A DNA stretch of 64,000 nucleotides from Caerostris darwini (Eukaryota): NCBI GenBank assembly GCA_021605075.1, contig BPLQ01015363.1, positions 963,513-1,027,512 of the forward strand. Reading direction: 5' to 3'. Shown here piece after piece: positions 13,427-27,313 of this stretch (positions are counted from its first letter, which is position 1; every line of letters begins with the position of its first letter). A model generated the notes under the pieces. It had not been told where the DNA came from. It saw only the letters and a list, made by a program, of their open reading frames with translations, and did not search any database. Position numbers and translations under genes: made by a program.

Positions 13427-14230
13427 CTCCTTTTTTTTTTTTTTTTTTTTCTTTCAACTTTAAAGATTCAGTGTTAATAATGTTCTATACGCACCATTGT
13501 TCAAAGTCTTGGCAGCAGGGGGCCAAAAGCTCATGGGGCTCTTGTGTCGGGCAGGTTACCTGGGGAAACATGTCCATATCATGTAGCATGGGAGGAGCAT
13601 TTTCCTTTTTCAAAAGACGCTGTAGCCAGAGGATCTTCAGCTAACTCGTTCAAACCGAGAATCAGGCTCAAATGCATCATGACGAAAGAAGTCTTGGCAT
13701 CACAGTTCAAAGTCCGTGGTAGCAGGGGCCAACCGATTAATTGGGCCCTTCCGTCGGGCATGAGGTCTCTAGACTTGGTCTTTTCATTCGGGGTCATCTT
13801 TTCTCTCCTGGGTCTTTCAGCACGTCATTAAGGGGGATGGGACAGCTCCCTCCCTTCGTCATCTCCTGTCTTCAGTCCTACATCTTGCTCTCTTCTCTGG
13901 GTTTCTCCTTCTCTCTCTCTTTGCGATGTCCATCACCTCCCTTTTATAGCTGATTTCCGGGGATGATTGCCGACACCATATCAGAGTCTACATCCGTTCG
14001 GCAGACTGACCCCCGTCCATAAAAATCCCAGCATACTAGAAGACAAAGTCTTAGTAAATTATTGCTCTTGGCCATCTGGCACGAAGTTTCGTAAGACCCC
14101 TGCCAATTAAAATATTTTCCAGAGATATCCCCTTTACCCCCAGCTGTGATAAATGTCCTGCACTCACCGGAAACGGGGCATTCCGCTGCACAAATCGAAT
14201 ACCCATCCGGTCAGGTGCAGAGGTCAACAA
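13427..14230 (-). mobile_element. GC-rich retroposon-like insertion, possibly a 5'-truncated non-LTR element or other repeat on the minus strand. It has a poly(T) tract (poly(A) on the minus strand) at 13427–13452.
   Basis: There is a sharp compositional shift relative to the AT-rich intron. A 24-nt T run sits at the left edge. A ~65-bp direct duplication is present internally (13497–13565 versus 13703–13770). The ORFs within it have no recognisable domain. Confidence 0.35.
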
Positions 14231-15942
14231 ACATATGCAATAATTATATAGGATTTTACCATAAAAAAAACTTACTAAAAGATAATGCACATATTGACAC
14301 GACTAATCATTAAATAATAAATACGAAACAGACCGTATGATGCGAATAATAATCAAACATTAAAAAGATAATTTACATAAATCGGAAAACTTTGGATGTA
14401 GTAATAACAAACTATATATTTTAATAGAACAAACAATAAGCACTAGCAAGAATATTTGAAATGAATAAAAACTAAAATCCAGTTATACAATTCCCTAATA
14501 AAATATTTTCTATGAAAAAAAATAATTTAAAAATATTAATTCATTATTAAAATAATGAGGTATTAGAAAGTAAATCCCTTATGAATTAATTTCAAATCAT
14601 AAATTTTTGAAAATGTCAGCAATAAAGGAATATATGTTTATCGCATCGTTTAAAACATCGCTCATAAGAAATATCATTCAAGATTTTATTGACTCTAAAC
14701 AGTATAAGCGTGATAAAATAGTAAAGGTGCAATTATTATTATTTATATAAACAATTTGAATTGTTTTTATTGTTTACAAACTTTTATCAATGAAATTAAG
14801 TGTTGTTTTTTTTTTTTTTTTCGCTTTTTTCTTAATAATCAATCCAATAAGTCGATAATACATTATTATACGTTATTGGATGAAATTATTGCAATATTGA
14901 TACAGGCCCTTTTCTGTAATTTTAAAAGTTATGCGAATTTGACACAAAAATTGATAAGTATACTATTATTCACACTCTGAATCGATTGCGGTAGCAACAT
15001 CGGTTTCCGCAATGGAAAAATTTCGAGTTAGCTGTTAATTAATTTTGTTAATAAACTGAACTGCATCATAAGTTATTTCCCTTCAAGCCATTTCCAACGG
15101 TACCACCTAAAGATAAGTACATAAGTTATTAAAGGTGTGCCCCCCCACCACCTTTTTGTGACTATGCAAGTATTATAACATATAAATAAAACCCTCATTT
15201 TCATCTGGGTGAATTTGAAATGTGAAAAGTTGAATTTGAACTGAAAAGCCTGTATAATAATTGCTTGAATATTTGGTAAAGCTTTTGTGATATCCAAGTG
15301 CAGAATCGATTTTAATTTCATTGTTAAAGCAATTTCTTTTCTTCAGTTTGTTAATATTTCATACAATGTAAGTTTTTTCACACATTATACCCAAAGATGT
15401 TTGTATATTTTTAGATTAAATAACTACAATTTATAATTGTTATTATTGATATAATGAATGAATGAAATTAAATATATTGTTTTCATTATTTTATTTTCAG
15501 ATTATTTCATTCTGCATATTGATGAGTTCAAACTGTACTTTCAAATGCATTGTTGAACTAAATAGTAGAAGATGTTTTTGAAGAATCAATAAACTTCTTA
15601 AGTATTTAAAAACCAGAAAAATATTCTTCAAAGCTAATATTTTTTTAATTTAGTCAATTTTGAATTTAATACTGTATTTTTCATAAATCTCCTTGTAATT
15701 AGGAAAAATAGTGTAATCCCTTAATTTAAATATATTCTGAAGTGAATTTCCATTAACTTAGCAGAGGGATAAAGTCAATGTATCTCTGCTGTAGAAGCGT
15801 TTTGTGAATTTATTGAAATAATCTGACCTAAAAATATGAAGGCAATTATATAATTGAAAAGTTTATTCTCAAATATATGTATTCTTTAATACATGTATTG
15901 CATTCCTCATTTTAATAAATTGTTTATTTTTTTGGTTAATAG

Positions 15943-16051
15943 ATGTCCAGTAAATTGTCTCGATCACCATCCTTTAAAGCAACAAGTTGCTTGTGGGTTA
16001 TGGAATGGAAATGTTGAAATATGGGATACTGTCTCACTTCAAAGAAATGTG
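15943..16051 (+). CDS. WD40 gene exon 6.
   Basis: The exon follows acceptor ggttaatag. The donor is gtcagt, or gtggtc 3 nt earlier. The ORF reads CPVNCLDHHPLKQQVACGLWNGNVEIWDTVSLQRNV. Confidence 0.6.
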
Positions 16052-16983
16052 GTCAGTTGTATTAAATCTTAATTCTTTTTTACTTGTTTTTATATTTTAA
16101 AACAAAACTTTAGGTAAATTGAATATCAAATTAACCTTATTTGATGCATTAAATTATTTCTTTTTATTTTTGTTATTTTTTAATTAATTTATTTATTTTG
16201 TCAGAAATTTTATAAAATTGTTCATTATTTATATATTTATATTTTTGAATAGCAGAAAATATCTTATATGAAATATATAATAGATATTGTTCTTGAACGA
16301 AAATAAATCTGGAATTCTAAGTAAATAATTCCAAATATAAATGTTTTTTTTTTTTAATTTAAAACATTTACAATTTTAAATTATAACGAAGGGAATATAT
16401 AAGTGCTAAAATGACTATCAAATTCAATGGGAACTTGAACTAATGAAATTGGAAATTGAACTAGTGGCATTAATTGCCATAATATATGCCAATTTAATTT
16501 GAGATTCCTGAGTATGAATTTAGATTAATAACTTTGAAAGTTGGTTGTGTATAAATTAATGTTGTTTCTGTAAAATTTAAAAAATATATAACAATTAAAT
16601 GTACAGGAAGTTATCGTGAAATTAGCTTTTCCTTTATTGAAAACTGCTGAACAGCTGTAAAAAGTTAAACTAATATTTTGTTTGATGAGATTTCATCTGT
16701 TATCTCTATTAGAAACTCCAAATTTTTGAAGACATCATTTTGCAACAGTTTGTCTGAAGCAAAATTTTTCAGTGCCATACATAAGAGTGTAATGCTATCT
16801 TAGAGCTAACAACTCCCATTCCATTAGCAATGGGAGTTAAAATTATGTTGCCTCTTAGAATTGGGTCTTATTATTTCCATATTTATGATGCATACCATAT
16901 GGTCTTTCTTACAAAAGTATTAGTTAACTATGTGACTTTTTATTCATTTATTTTTATTAAGTTTTAAAATTTTATTCTTCTAG

Positions 16984-17103
16984 ACATTGTCGAACAACTC
17001 TTCTTCAGTTAAATCTGTAGTCTATACAGCAGATGGTATTAATATTATTTCATCATATATGAATTCTGATGTAACAATATGGTCTTCTGATCTGGGACTA
17101 AAG
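16984..17103 (+). CDS. WD40 gene exon 7.
   Basis: The exon follows acceptor ttattcttctag and ends at donor gtttga. The ORF reads TLSNNSSSVKSVVYTADGINIISSYMNSDVTIWSSDLGLK. Confidence 0.65.
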
Positions 17104-18775
17104 GTTTGAATATATTTTTATATTGTAAAAAGAACATATCTTTTTTTACTATTTTTCTGATTTGGATAGAAATAATTTTAGATATCTTTCAGTACAAGAA
17201 AGATTATTAAAAATATATGTAATTTTTTGTTTAATTTAAATACACTATTGTTTTTATCACTTACATTAATAGCTTATAACATTTAGAATGTTGTATCAAT
17301 TAATGCTACTTCATTTTATAATTAATAAAAAATTAACTCAATATTTTATACATATGAAAATGGCTATATAAAGAAATAAACTTTTTTATGTTTGGATATT
17401 TTGTTGATATTTATAATTTTGTTCTGTACCATAATTGTTATGCAGCCTTTCAGATATTCTGAAATTACTTTCACCAAACTAAATTTACTGAATTACAAAA
17501 TTAAAAATTTCTTAAAAAAGAACAATTGTAATCAAATAAAATTATTTTTTAAAGTAATTTTCTCATTTTTTTTCTAAATAATCAGTTTAAATTTTTATAT
17601 AAATAAAACTGCACATCATAATAAAATCTGCTTATTATATAAGATATTTTGCTGTAAGCTATCTTACACCTAATCATTTATCTGTGAATTCAGTAATTCC
17701 ATTTAATCATTATATGTGAAACTCCACCGTTAAAAAATAACATTTATATTAATGATTTAGTTGAAAAAATTATTTGAATAAAAAAAAATCAGTAATTAAA
17801 TCTAGTTTTAAGTTATGAATGCTATTTTTTATTTATTTGAAATCTTAAAATTCTGAGCAAAATATAAGTGAAGATGTACAATATTTTTTATTCATATAAA
17901 TATAATAAGTATAACATTATTTTATTTAAATACAGTAAGACAACAGATTTTTTTTATTATAAGAATTGTAAATCCGAATTATAGTTTTTCATTCAATTCA
18001 GAATATTTGTTAACTTTAAACTGGCAATAAAAAATTTGTTTGGTAACTTTAAAATAATAAGCATTTAATTATGAAGTATAATTAAAATAATTTTAAGATA
18101 CATACAGCTGTTTCTGATATAAAATTAATCTTTCTTGTGAATATTTTGTTCATTACTGCATTCATAACTAAAAAGAAATATAGTAAATATTAGAAGGATC
18201 GTCAATGTTTATCGGATATTATTTGTTTCTAGAACAGTTTGTACAGAAAAGTTGTTTATAAATTTTCTTGATGTTTTCCATTAAAAATCAAAATTATTAA
18301 TTTTTATTTATTTATTCTTTTTATCTTATTGCAGTAGATTTGCTGATTAATTTTGTTGTTTATTAAGAAAAATTATGCAAAACACATATTAATTATTTTG
18401 AAAATTATATACTTCGTGTTTTGCCTTATTTTTTAACCAAAATACAAGACAATCACCAATTGTAAGTTTTAACTGATATAACAGAAGGTTATTAGTTATA
18501 CTGATTATTTAAACCGTAGAGTATTGAGGGTACAAGCCTATTTATAATGATAGTTACAATTTTCGTTTGCAAATGCCAAGAAAAGAAGGAAAAATGGCAT
18601 TCAATATTTATTCATATTAATATAATATTTCCCTGCCTGTTCACAGAAATATTAGTATAATCTTTTATTTCTCTTGTTAACTTTTAACTTGAGTACAACA
18701 GCAATATTTTAAAATGTCTTTTTTTTTATGTAGATTACAACATCCTTTTACTCATAATATATATTTTTCTTGTAG

Positions 18776-18874
18776 ATTTCAAATCTTAAAGGACATATAT
18801 TACCTGTGAAATCAATCAGTTATTCACCTGAACAGGATATGATTATTAGTGGTAGTGATGACTGCACTCTCAAG
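18776..18874 (+). CDS. WD40 gene exon 8.
   Basis: The exon follows acceptor ttttcttgtag and ends at donor gtagtc. The ORF reads ISNLKGHILPVKSISYSPEQDMIISGSDDCTLK. Confidence 0.75.
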
Positions 18875-20489
18875 GTAGTCTTTGTTTTTATGAAAAGCAT
18901 TTCTTGGTATTCATGTAAAATATATAGATTTATTTATAATTAATTTGTATTTTATATTATCTAAAAATTTTGGATTAAATTTTTTTTTTTATTGATATAG
19001 AAAAATTAGCTTTTTTGTAGAATAACAGGAATTTCCTATTTGATTAATTTCATGGCATTCTGGATCATTTTTTTCTAAACTTTTTATTGCCATTTTAAGA
19101 AGCATTTTGTATTACCACAGTGTAAGTACTGTATAACGAATTTGAAATTGTACAGAATTACTCGTTTTAAATTTACGTCAAATTAACCTGTGTAAGGTAA
19201 ATAGATGCTAATGCTTTTATTAATTTTTACCTCATTTCTCAAGAAAAAATAAATCTTTGAGATTTCTTAAATTAATAGATAGAGGATTTAATATTGACCT
19301 CTCCTTTATAAGCCAGTCAACAAATTTAAACATAAATTTCCCCAATGATATTTAAAAAATTAAAAATACAGTGAATTTAAGTTAGAAAACATTTTCATCT
19401 TATTAACATTAATAATATAAAACATGTGATTTCTGTTAAAATTGAAATGTTAAATGTTATCTTAAACATATTAAAATACAGTGTATTAATTCATATAACA
19501 TTCAATTTACTTTTCAAATTTTTCATTGATATTTTAAATCAATCATATTATCTTAAAATTTATACTTTATGTTCTAGTTTGGGAAATTAAATTCTGCTCT
19601 ATACAGGTTAATTGGTATATAAGGATATGTTCTTAAAATACATACAAATTGTTCAGCATCAATTAATAAATAGCTAAATTTAATTTTGAAAATTCTACCT
19701 TAAGGTTCTCCCAAATTCTTATTGGAGAATGGAAATTTCTTACATGTAAGCCAGTTTGTTTCCACATTACTATCTCCCTAAAATGAACTTCTTGATTTAA
19801 AAAAGTGTTGATTATTAAAAGTCTGTTTCTTAATATCTGCTTAGATTTATGTGCTTAACTTCTTTGAAAACTACAAAAGCATACTGTTCCATCTCTATAA
19901 ATTTATTGACACATTTATAAATCAACAATATTTCGTCTTTACTTGTATAACGAGATAATAATGCAATGTTTGAGATTTAATTTTAAAAATGGGACTTTGT
20001 GTTCTGAATCTTGAGTGAAGTCATATTTGAATTCTCTCATCATATTTGAAATAAATTCGAAATAATTGCATCAAAATAGGTATGTAAGCAATGCATTGAC
20101 ATCCATGTTTATATTCTGCAGATCATTAAAAAATTATCTATTGATTGTGAAATTCTAACTATTTATGTTTAAAATTTTATTACATATAATCAAGTATTGT
20201 TTTTAAAAACTTTAACATATTAAAACTTATTGTTTTACGAATTTTAGTTCATAAAAAATATTTTTCTGCAGTACTATATTTGGTTTATTTTATTATTTGC
20301 AATTTTAGAAAAATTGCTATTTTGTCCATTAAAAGCACATGTTTAGAAATTGTTTCAATCAAGCTTTATTTTTTTTTTTTTTTTTTGTATTAAACTCACA
20401 AAGTCCATAACAGTCTTACATTAATAATTTATGAATAACTAGGAGTAGTTGATTTATAATTTTGTCAGAGTAAATTTTTTCCATCTTAG

Positions 20490-20634
20490 GTTTGGCCAAC
20501 TGAATTAGGCCTGTCTCTTCATACTTTATCTGCATGTAAATTCTGTCCTATTAGTTTATTGGAAATTATATCGCCAAACTACTTAGCTGTTGGATTTCAG
20601 AATTCTGATATCTGGATAATGGACATCACCACTG
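20490..20634 (+). CDS. WD40 gene exon 9.
   Basis: The exon follows acceptor tttttccatcttag and ends at donor gtaagt. The ORF reads VWPTELGLSLHTLSACKFCPISLLEIISPNYLAVGFQNSDIWIMDITT. Confidence 0.7.
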
Positions 20635-23600
20635 GTAAGTCTTATTATTTCTCATCATAATATGAAATATATCTTAAATATGTATATAAAAATTAAAATG
20701 TATTATATAAACATGCTTATAGACAGCATGCTTTGCTTAAAGAAAATTAATATTTTTTTTTAGAACTTTAACATTGCAACTTTTTCTGATTATTGAATTG
20801 TTAAGACAATTTTTCATTGGTCAAAGAAATTTTTGAATGGCAGATATTTTTTACCTGATATAACTTAAGGCTGTCAGCAAAAAGTCCAAATGGAAAGAAA
20901 GAAAGAAAAAAAAAAAAAAAAAAAAGGACATCTATAATTGGGAATGAGTGGTGTGTCGAACGGCAAATAAAGCGCTGCTACGGAGAAAGTAATTCTTGAA
21001 TTTTTCATTCAAATACTTAATTTAAGCATTTTCGACATCATTTTTTGTATTAATATTGAAAAAAAAAATTCAAATATAAAATATGAACAAATGTAAATAT
21101 TAGAAGTGCTGAAAGGTTAGGGAAATGATATTTAAAGTGCAGGGTAGAACAAAAGATATACTTTGTTTTACTCAGAATTGGGAAAGTTTGATTTTCTTTT
21201 GACTCAAGATCTCTAAAAGAAAGTAGTTTTGCCTATAAGTAAAAGAAGTTATAGTTTTACCTTACCAAGACAAATTCACACATCAATATCTCCTGATAAA
21301 TATAGAAGAGGAGAGTCACAATTAAATATGAGATAACTGTGAATAAAAGTTAAAAAAAAAATTATTTAAATCCTGAATATGCATTTTGTTTTATTTTAGA
21401 ATTCTGACAAGGGTGAATTAAGTGATTAAAAGTTTTTTTTTAAATACTGCAGTTGACTTCATTTTTTTTTATTTCTTAATTTCGTAATGTGCGATACTAA
21501 AACCAAATTCTAATTGAAGTCAGCATTTTTTTTTAAAAATCAGTGCTTTGGCATTAAAATTACGATAGTAAATGTATATTTTGTTTTACCAGAACATTTC
21601 ACTTTTATTTTAAATTGAGAATATATTTATCTTAAGATTTATGAAAGAGCAAATTTACTAGGAAAAATTTCATTTATAAGTATGTATGTTGATATTGAGA
21701 AAACATTAACAAAACACACATCATATTGTTATATTATATAAATTTTCTAAAGGCTTTATAGCATCCTTTACATGTTGCAGTCCATATCATAATAGTTGTA
21801 CTGAAATGAAATAAAGCCTTTTTTTAATTATCTATTCATAACTCATATATTCTAGGTTTGCAATAAACCATACTTGAATCCAATGCTGTATGCACTTATG
21901 GCATTCTTCTTCCAATTCTGGATTGACTTTTTGTGTGATTTTTCATAGCGAAGGAAAGAAAACAAATTCTTAAAAGAAAGGAAAATAATTATTCATTTTT
22001 TATAAATATAATTTTTTTTATCTAAGTCAGGTTTCTCAATGATTAAGCTGTTGTTTTTCTGGGATTTCATTTTCGTCAATTTTTAGACCAAACGATATAC
22101 AGAATAGCCCCACCCCCACCGGTCTTTTTTTTCAAGAAATTTTCCCTCATAAATTTTATTTAATCTTGTATATTTCTTACGGAGCTGTATTATAAATAAT
22201 TTTGGGGACAAATTAAAATCATTTGGGATGTAAGGTATTACAGTGCCATTTACATAATGCTTTGTAGCTTTGGCAAAGAAAAAATTCTTATCCTACCAAT
22301 AAGTTTTACGATTATTAAGTGTAATCATTATTTCTTGAAAATATTAGACAGTGACTATTTTCCAGTCGAATTATTCATTATGCATATTATTTTATAAAAA
22401 AAAATCACTTCCTAAAACTCAAATCAAGAAGAAAATCAAAATAAAATTTGTTGATGCAGATATACATATTTTTCTCTTATTGTATTTTTAAAAAGAGTTA
22501 AAAAATATTGCTTTGAAAAGAATAAACGAATTAGTCTTACTTTTAAATTTGTTTTATATGTACAATGTATAAAAGTGAACTTCGTTAGATTTTTTAAAAA
22601 AAATAATTTAATGAAAGAAATAAAAACTATAAATGATGAATAAAAAAAATCATAACTTAAATCTATTTTTTTTTCATTTGTAAAATTTTATTATGTAATA
22701 AAATTATGTAGGACATATAAGCTAGCTATACATGAACTGTAAAATTGCATATTTAATAAATTGAAAATTTGTTAAAAATTTTACTGCTATTCAAGAATAC
22801 CTATTTTACTAACTTAATGAAATAATTATTGAAGTTTTAAATTAATATTTTTCCAGAAGAAAAATTATAAATAAATGTAGCTTGGAAACAACAGGTATCT
22901 CTAAACTGCAGCCCATGGGGCAAAACCGCCCAATGACAACCAGTCATTGAGCTTATACTTGTCGGGATGCTGACTTTATTTTTAAATAATCAACAGTAAC
23001 CATCAGGTGTTTTTATTGTGTAATAAAACACAAATATTGGGATGTATGTTAAGCCCTTATCTACAAAGATAAGGCTTTATACATGACAGAATATAATATT
23101 ATAATAATAATTAATGGTACTGTGTTTCTCACTAACAATTATTTGTAGTTAGTTATACATGAATTTTTAAATGATTTTTGAAGGATAATTCAGTGAATTA
23201 AACAAAACAAAATGAACAATAAATTGTGAATAAAAAGCTTTTTTGTTAAAAAATAGTTCAACATAGTTAGTATATTTTAATTCTAAAGATAATTTACTAA
23301 AGATGCAAATATTCCATTCTTTACTCATACTTTATTTATTTTTTTATTTTTTAGAACAGGGTTTAAGAAAGGTTACTATATTATGAATTATATGAATGTA
23401 TAGTTTTTAAATATTTGCTAATGTAAAGTCATAGAAAGTTAAGTAAAACTTCTTGAAGGTATATATTGATAAGTTTGAAAGTAAATAAATGATAATTGAT
23501 AAGTATAAAAAGTCACTGATAAGTAAGAAATATATTTAACCTTTATATGTGCCCTTTTAATTCATCAAAATACTTAGCATTTTAAATTATACTTGTCTTT

Positions 23601-23772
23601 TAATTTCCTAGTCAGCTAATGCTTGATTAAGGTTAAATTTAAATTCTTGTATGAACTTTTATATAATGATTGTAAAAATGTCTGTTGAATATTTTAAATG
23701 AATATAATCTTAGAGACATTTTATGTCTTTCCTTTTTAGTATGATTTAAATGCAATTATTTATTTATACCAG

Positions 23773-23915
23773 GTTTTGCTGTAACCAAAATGGCTTTAGA
23801 GGCAGATATTGTTTCATGTTTTAGTAGATTTCATTCAGCAACCTATGCTAGAAATACTGAAGAAAACTGGGTTGATTTATCTGTAGTGTTTGGAACACAG
23901 TCTGGAAAAATATTG
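23773..23915 (+). CDS. WD40 gene exon 10.
   Basis: The exon follows acceptor tatttataccag and ends at donor gtaaga. The ORF reads FAVTKMALEADIVSCFSRFHSATYARNTEENWVDLSVVFGTQSGKIL. Confidence 0.7.
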
Positions 23916-25180
23916 GTAAGAAGTTATCAAATGATAATAATTTTCTGTCAATCAATATTAATAATTAATTTTGAATTACTTTTTGCCATAAGTAAATAAA
24001 TTAATCATATGATGCAGTATATTTTTATTTTTATTTAAAGATTTTTATGTAGAATATTTTTATTGGTATTATTTCCATAATTCCTTCCTTCCTTTCCTTT
24101 CAACTTAACTCTAACAGCAAATACCCTCTCAAATATTTCATCAGATACATTAGAAATTGAAAAAAATATATGTACACTTACGCAACAAATATGATATATA
24201 TCTAATTTTTCAGGTACCAGAAAGTTATTCTAAATCATATTTTGCATCTTCAACTAAAATGCACATGAAGTCTATATTATTTAACATCTAATCAATTTTG
24301 ATTTCTTGCTTGAATACCTATAATCAGTGTATGGGTTATAAATGGTTTTAAATACCATTTGAATAACGTTTTACTACATATTATTGCACATACGGTTAAT
24401 TTTACAATATATCATTTCTTATTCGATTCAGGTAAAAGAAGTTACTAACTTAAAGTTTTAAACTTGAAGTAAAACTACAATGAAAAACAATATTGGTTAA
24501 AAAAAGTTTAAAAATTTTGTTTTGCAGGATCAAGTTTAAATAAGAAATAACCATGTAGCTTTTATTTTCTCTTCAAAGTGTGCATAAATGTTTTGAAACC
24601 ATTTGTATTTTATTATATAACTGTAATTGCTCTTTTTTTTTTTTCTTGAATTTCTCAACTGATTATGTTGCTCATTAATCATTTGTTTTTAATTTGAGGG
24701 TTAAAAAAATTGAAAATATTTTATATTATCATTTTGTATCAAATTTAATTAGATTTTGTTTATCATAATTAATTATTTGTTTCATTTGGAAAATAATTTA
24801 TAGTATTTTAAGAACTTTATTATGTTACAATGTTATAAGATTATTTGATTTATAAAACTTAAATATGAAACATCATTTGTTGAAAGAAAATCAAAAATAA
24901 TTTTTTCACAATTTTCCAGAAAAATATCCTTGGTTTTATATGCTTCTATCAATTGTTAACTTTAGTAAAATTTTAAGCTATTGAATTCAGACGTAGTAGT
25001 TTCTCTTTTATTAAAAATTAATATTTATTATTAAATGTGTTAGGTGCAAGTTATTCCTCACAAAAAATATAAATATTCCCCACAATTACAATAAACTGAA
25101 AAAATTGTATATATTATTTCATTTAGATTATATGAATGTTTTATTTTCGTCGTACTGAAATAGCATTCATTCTTTTTTAG

Positions 25181-25317
25181 ATAGGAAACTTACAAACATC
25201 AGCAATCACCACTGTTGGAAATATTAAAGCCAGAGTTACAGCCATTATCCATAATATGAGAATTATAGTTTGTGGTTCTTCTGAAGGGGACATTGGATTA
25301 TTTTCTTACCCAGAACT
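25181..25317 (+). CDS. WD40 gene exon 11.
   Basis: The exon follows acceptor cattcttttttag and ends at donor gtatgt. The ORF reads IGNLQTSAITTVGNIKARVTAIIHNMRIIVCGSSEGDIGLFSYPE. Confidence 0.65.
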
Positions 25318-25538
25318 GTATGTTGTCTCCTATATTTTTTAAAATGATATATAATGTTGAAATACTTTATAAAAGCTTGCTTAATTTGTTGCTTCTTTAA
25401 GCAATTTCAGATCACTTAAAATATGCTTTAATGAATGCTTGGAATATTTAATATGCTGTTTAAATACTACCTTTTGTAATCATGCACTCTAGTAGAAAAA
25501 TTGCGTAGGTGAATGATTATTTTTTTTTCCTTTTTCAG

Positions 25539-25641
25539 TGACACTAAAGTTATTAATGGAGCACATGGAGGTTCAGTTACATCTTTGGACTTGTTTGTTA
25601 GAAATGAAAATGTATGGGTTATGTCTTCAGGCAGTGATAAA
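25539..25641 (+). CDS. WD40 gene exon 12.
   Basis: The exon follows acceptor tttttttttcctttttcag and ends at donor gtaaga. The ORF reads DTKVINGAHGGSVTSLDLFVRNENVWVMSSGSDK. Confidence 0.7.
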
Positions 25642-25721
25642 GTAAGATTTGATTTACTTCATGTAAGTCTTTATTTTTAAGTTTATATTAAAATATTCAT
25701 TAATTTGCTGTCTTTTTTCAG

Positions 25722-25829
25722 ATGATCAAATTATGGGAGATAGATTATGAAGAACTTGTATTCAAGCAAGAATTTATTTCAAAACATTATGATTATGTCA
25801 CCTGCCTGTGTTGGTTTCCAGTTTCAAAT
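25722..25829 (+). CDS. WD40 gene exon 13.
   Basis: The exon follows acceptor tgtcttttttcag and ends at donor gtagga. The ORF reads MIKLWEIDYEELVFKQEFISKHYDYVTCLCWFPVSN. Confidence 0.7.
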
Positions 25830-25931
25830 GTAGGATATGTTTTATTTTTAAAGAATAGTTTTATTTAACCATGTATTTTTTAAAATAATAAATATTCACT
25901 TATTTATAATAATGAATGCTTGTGTTTTCAG

Positions 25932-26048
25932 ATTGAAACCAATAGTTACCTTACTGGTTCTCATGATAATAATATAATTTTACAAAGTGGAACGTCTAAA
26001 ACTGTATTTCAAGGCTTGAAAACTAGTATTATAAATGTGGATTTTACA
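25932..26048 (+). CDS. WD40 gene exon 14.
   Basis: The exon follows acceptor gtgttttcag and ends at donor gtgagt. The ORF reads IETNSYLTGSHDNNIILQSGTSKTVFQGLKTSIINVDFT. Confidence 0.7.
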
Positions 26049-26471
26049 GTGAGTAATTTAAAGCTTTTATTTTTTATATAATTAAATTCAGAAAAATATT
26101 GAAGATTGTGGGGTTTTTTTTCCTTATTATTATTATTACTGAAATCTTAAATTTATAATAAACTAGCAGACGCGTTACTGTGGCTTTCTTGTTTTTCGTT
26201 CAATTATTAGATACTATAATTTGTATTGTTAAGGAAGTGATTAGTAAAGATTGATGAAAAGTTCAAATTAAGTTTCAACGAATAGAAAATGTTTATTTTT
26301 TATTCATTTAATGAATGAGGTAGATCATGTTGATTTTTAACACTGTTTTATAATTATTTTACCTAATTTAATTTTTAATGATCATTACTTTCATTTAACT
26401 AAGGACTAAGCGATGAACAATATTTCTTGTTAATCTGTCTTTCGTCAAAATAAATAAATTCGTTAAATAAT

Positions 26472-26790
26472 TTAATAAGTTGGTAAAGATTTTCTAAAAG
26501 ATTTTCCAACAATTCTACAATAGCTCTTTGTATTTGCTTGTTCGATAAAATTATACTGACATCGAGTTGTCACACGTTCTTCAGAACTGCCCATGAAATA
26601 AATTTGAAGAAATTTTGGCTCTTCGTTAGGTATTGGCATCAACGACCCGATCTTATGGTACACCTGACCTTGTATTTTGAATGTACTTACGAAATTACGT
26701 CCATCGGATGGGAAATCGCACATTTTAGTTGCGCCAAATGACGAAATATGAAAATCATCGATTTTGCATTTAAATAAAAATAAAAAATCT
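26472..26790 (-). mobile_element. Fragment resembling the N-terminal (Helitron_like_N) region of a Helitron Rep/Hel protein.
   Basis: The minus-strand ORF reads …KIDDFHISSFGATKMCDFPSDGRNFVSTFKIQGQVYHKIGSLMPIPNEEPKFLQIYFMGSSEERVTTRCQ…. The motifs QVYHxIGSLxP and KFxQ(L/I)YF resemble what I recall of the Helitron Rep N-terminal region, from memory only. Confidence 0.45.
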
Positions 26791-27186
26791 GAATAAAAAC
26801 TATCCTATCTCTCAAGTTGGAACAAAACACACATTTAAAGGGGAAAAAAAGTTAAAATCGGATTGTTAGTTTCAGAGTTCATTCCGAACAAACATCGTGA
26901 CACGGGAATTATATATAATAGATATTATCAAAGCAAAGAAGTATGTGTACATTGCATTATCTTTTTTCTTACTCTAATTAAATGGAAATATTTAATTGTT
27001 TCTCAGTTGATATAATATGCCTATCGTCATATTGTAAAAGAAGTATAATTTCTCTAAAATGCATCTTTCTAAAAAAAATATGTTATTTTATCTTTGATAA
27101 ATTTAATTGCTATGTTACTCATTAAAGCTTATCGTTTCATTTTAAATTTATGTTTGTAAACAATGCATTTTTTTCTGGTCATTTAG

Positions 27187-27313
27187 AACAATTGTATTCT
27201 TGGCTGTGCCAGTGATGGAAGTGTTGCAGTATGGTCTCAAGATGGAAAATTGCTGAGCTTTACTTCCGGAATTGAACAGTCATCTGTTGTTTTGTCCTTT
27301 CGAATTGACAAAA
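27187..27313 (+). CDS. WD40 gene exon 15.
   Basis: The exon follows acceptor ttttttctggtcatttag and ends at donor gtataa. The ORF reads NNCILGCASDGSVAVWSQDGKLLSFTSGIEQSSVVLSFRIDK. Confidence 0.65.

Noticed and set aside
13544-13953. Overlapping ORFs on both strands (13544–13831 +, 13579–13797 −, 13741–13953 +).
   Set aside because: They sit inside the GC-rich repeat block, overlap one another, and show no domain similarity. They are a compositional artefact.
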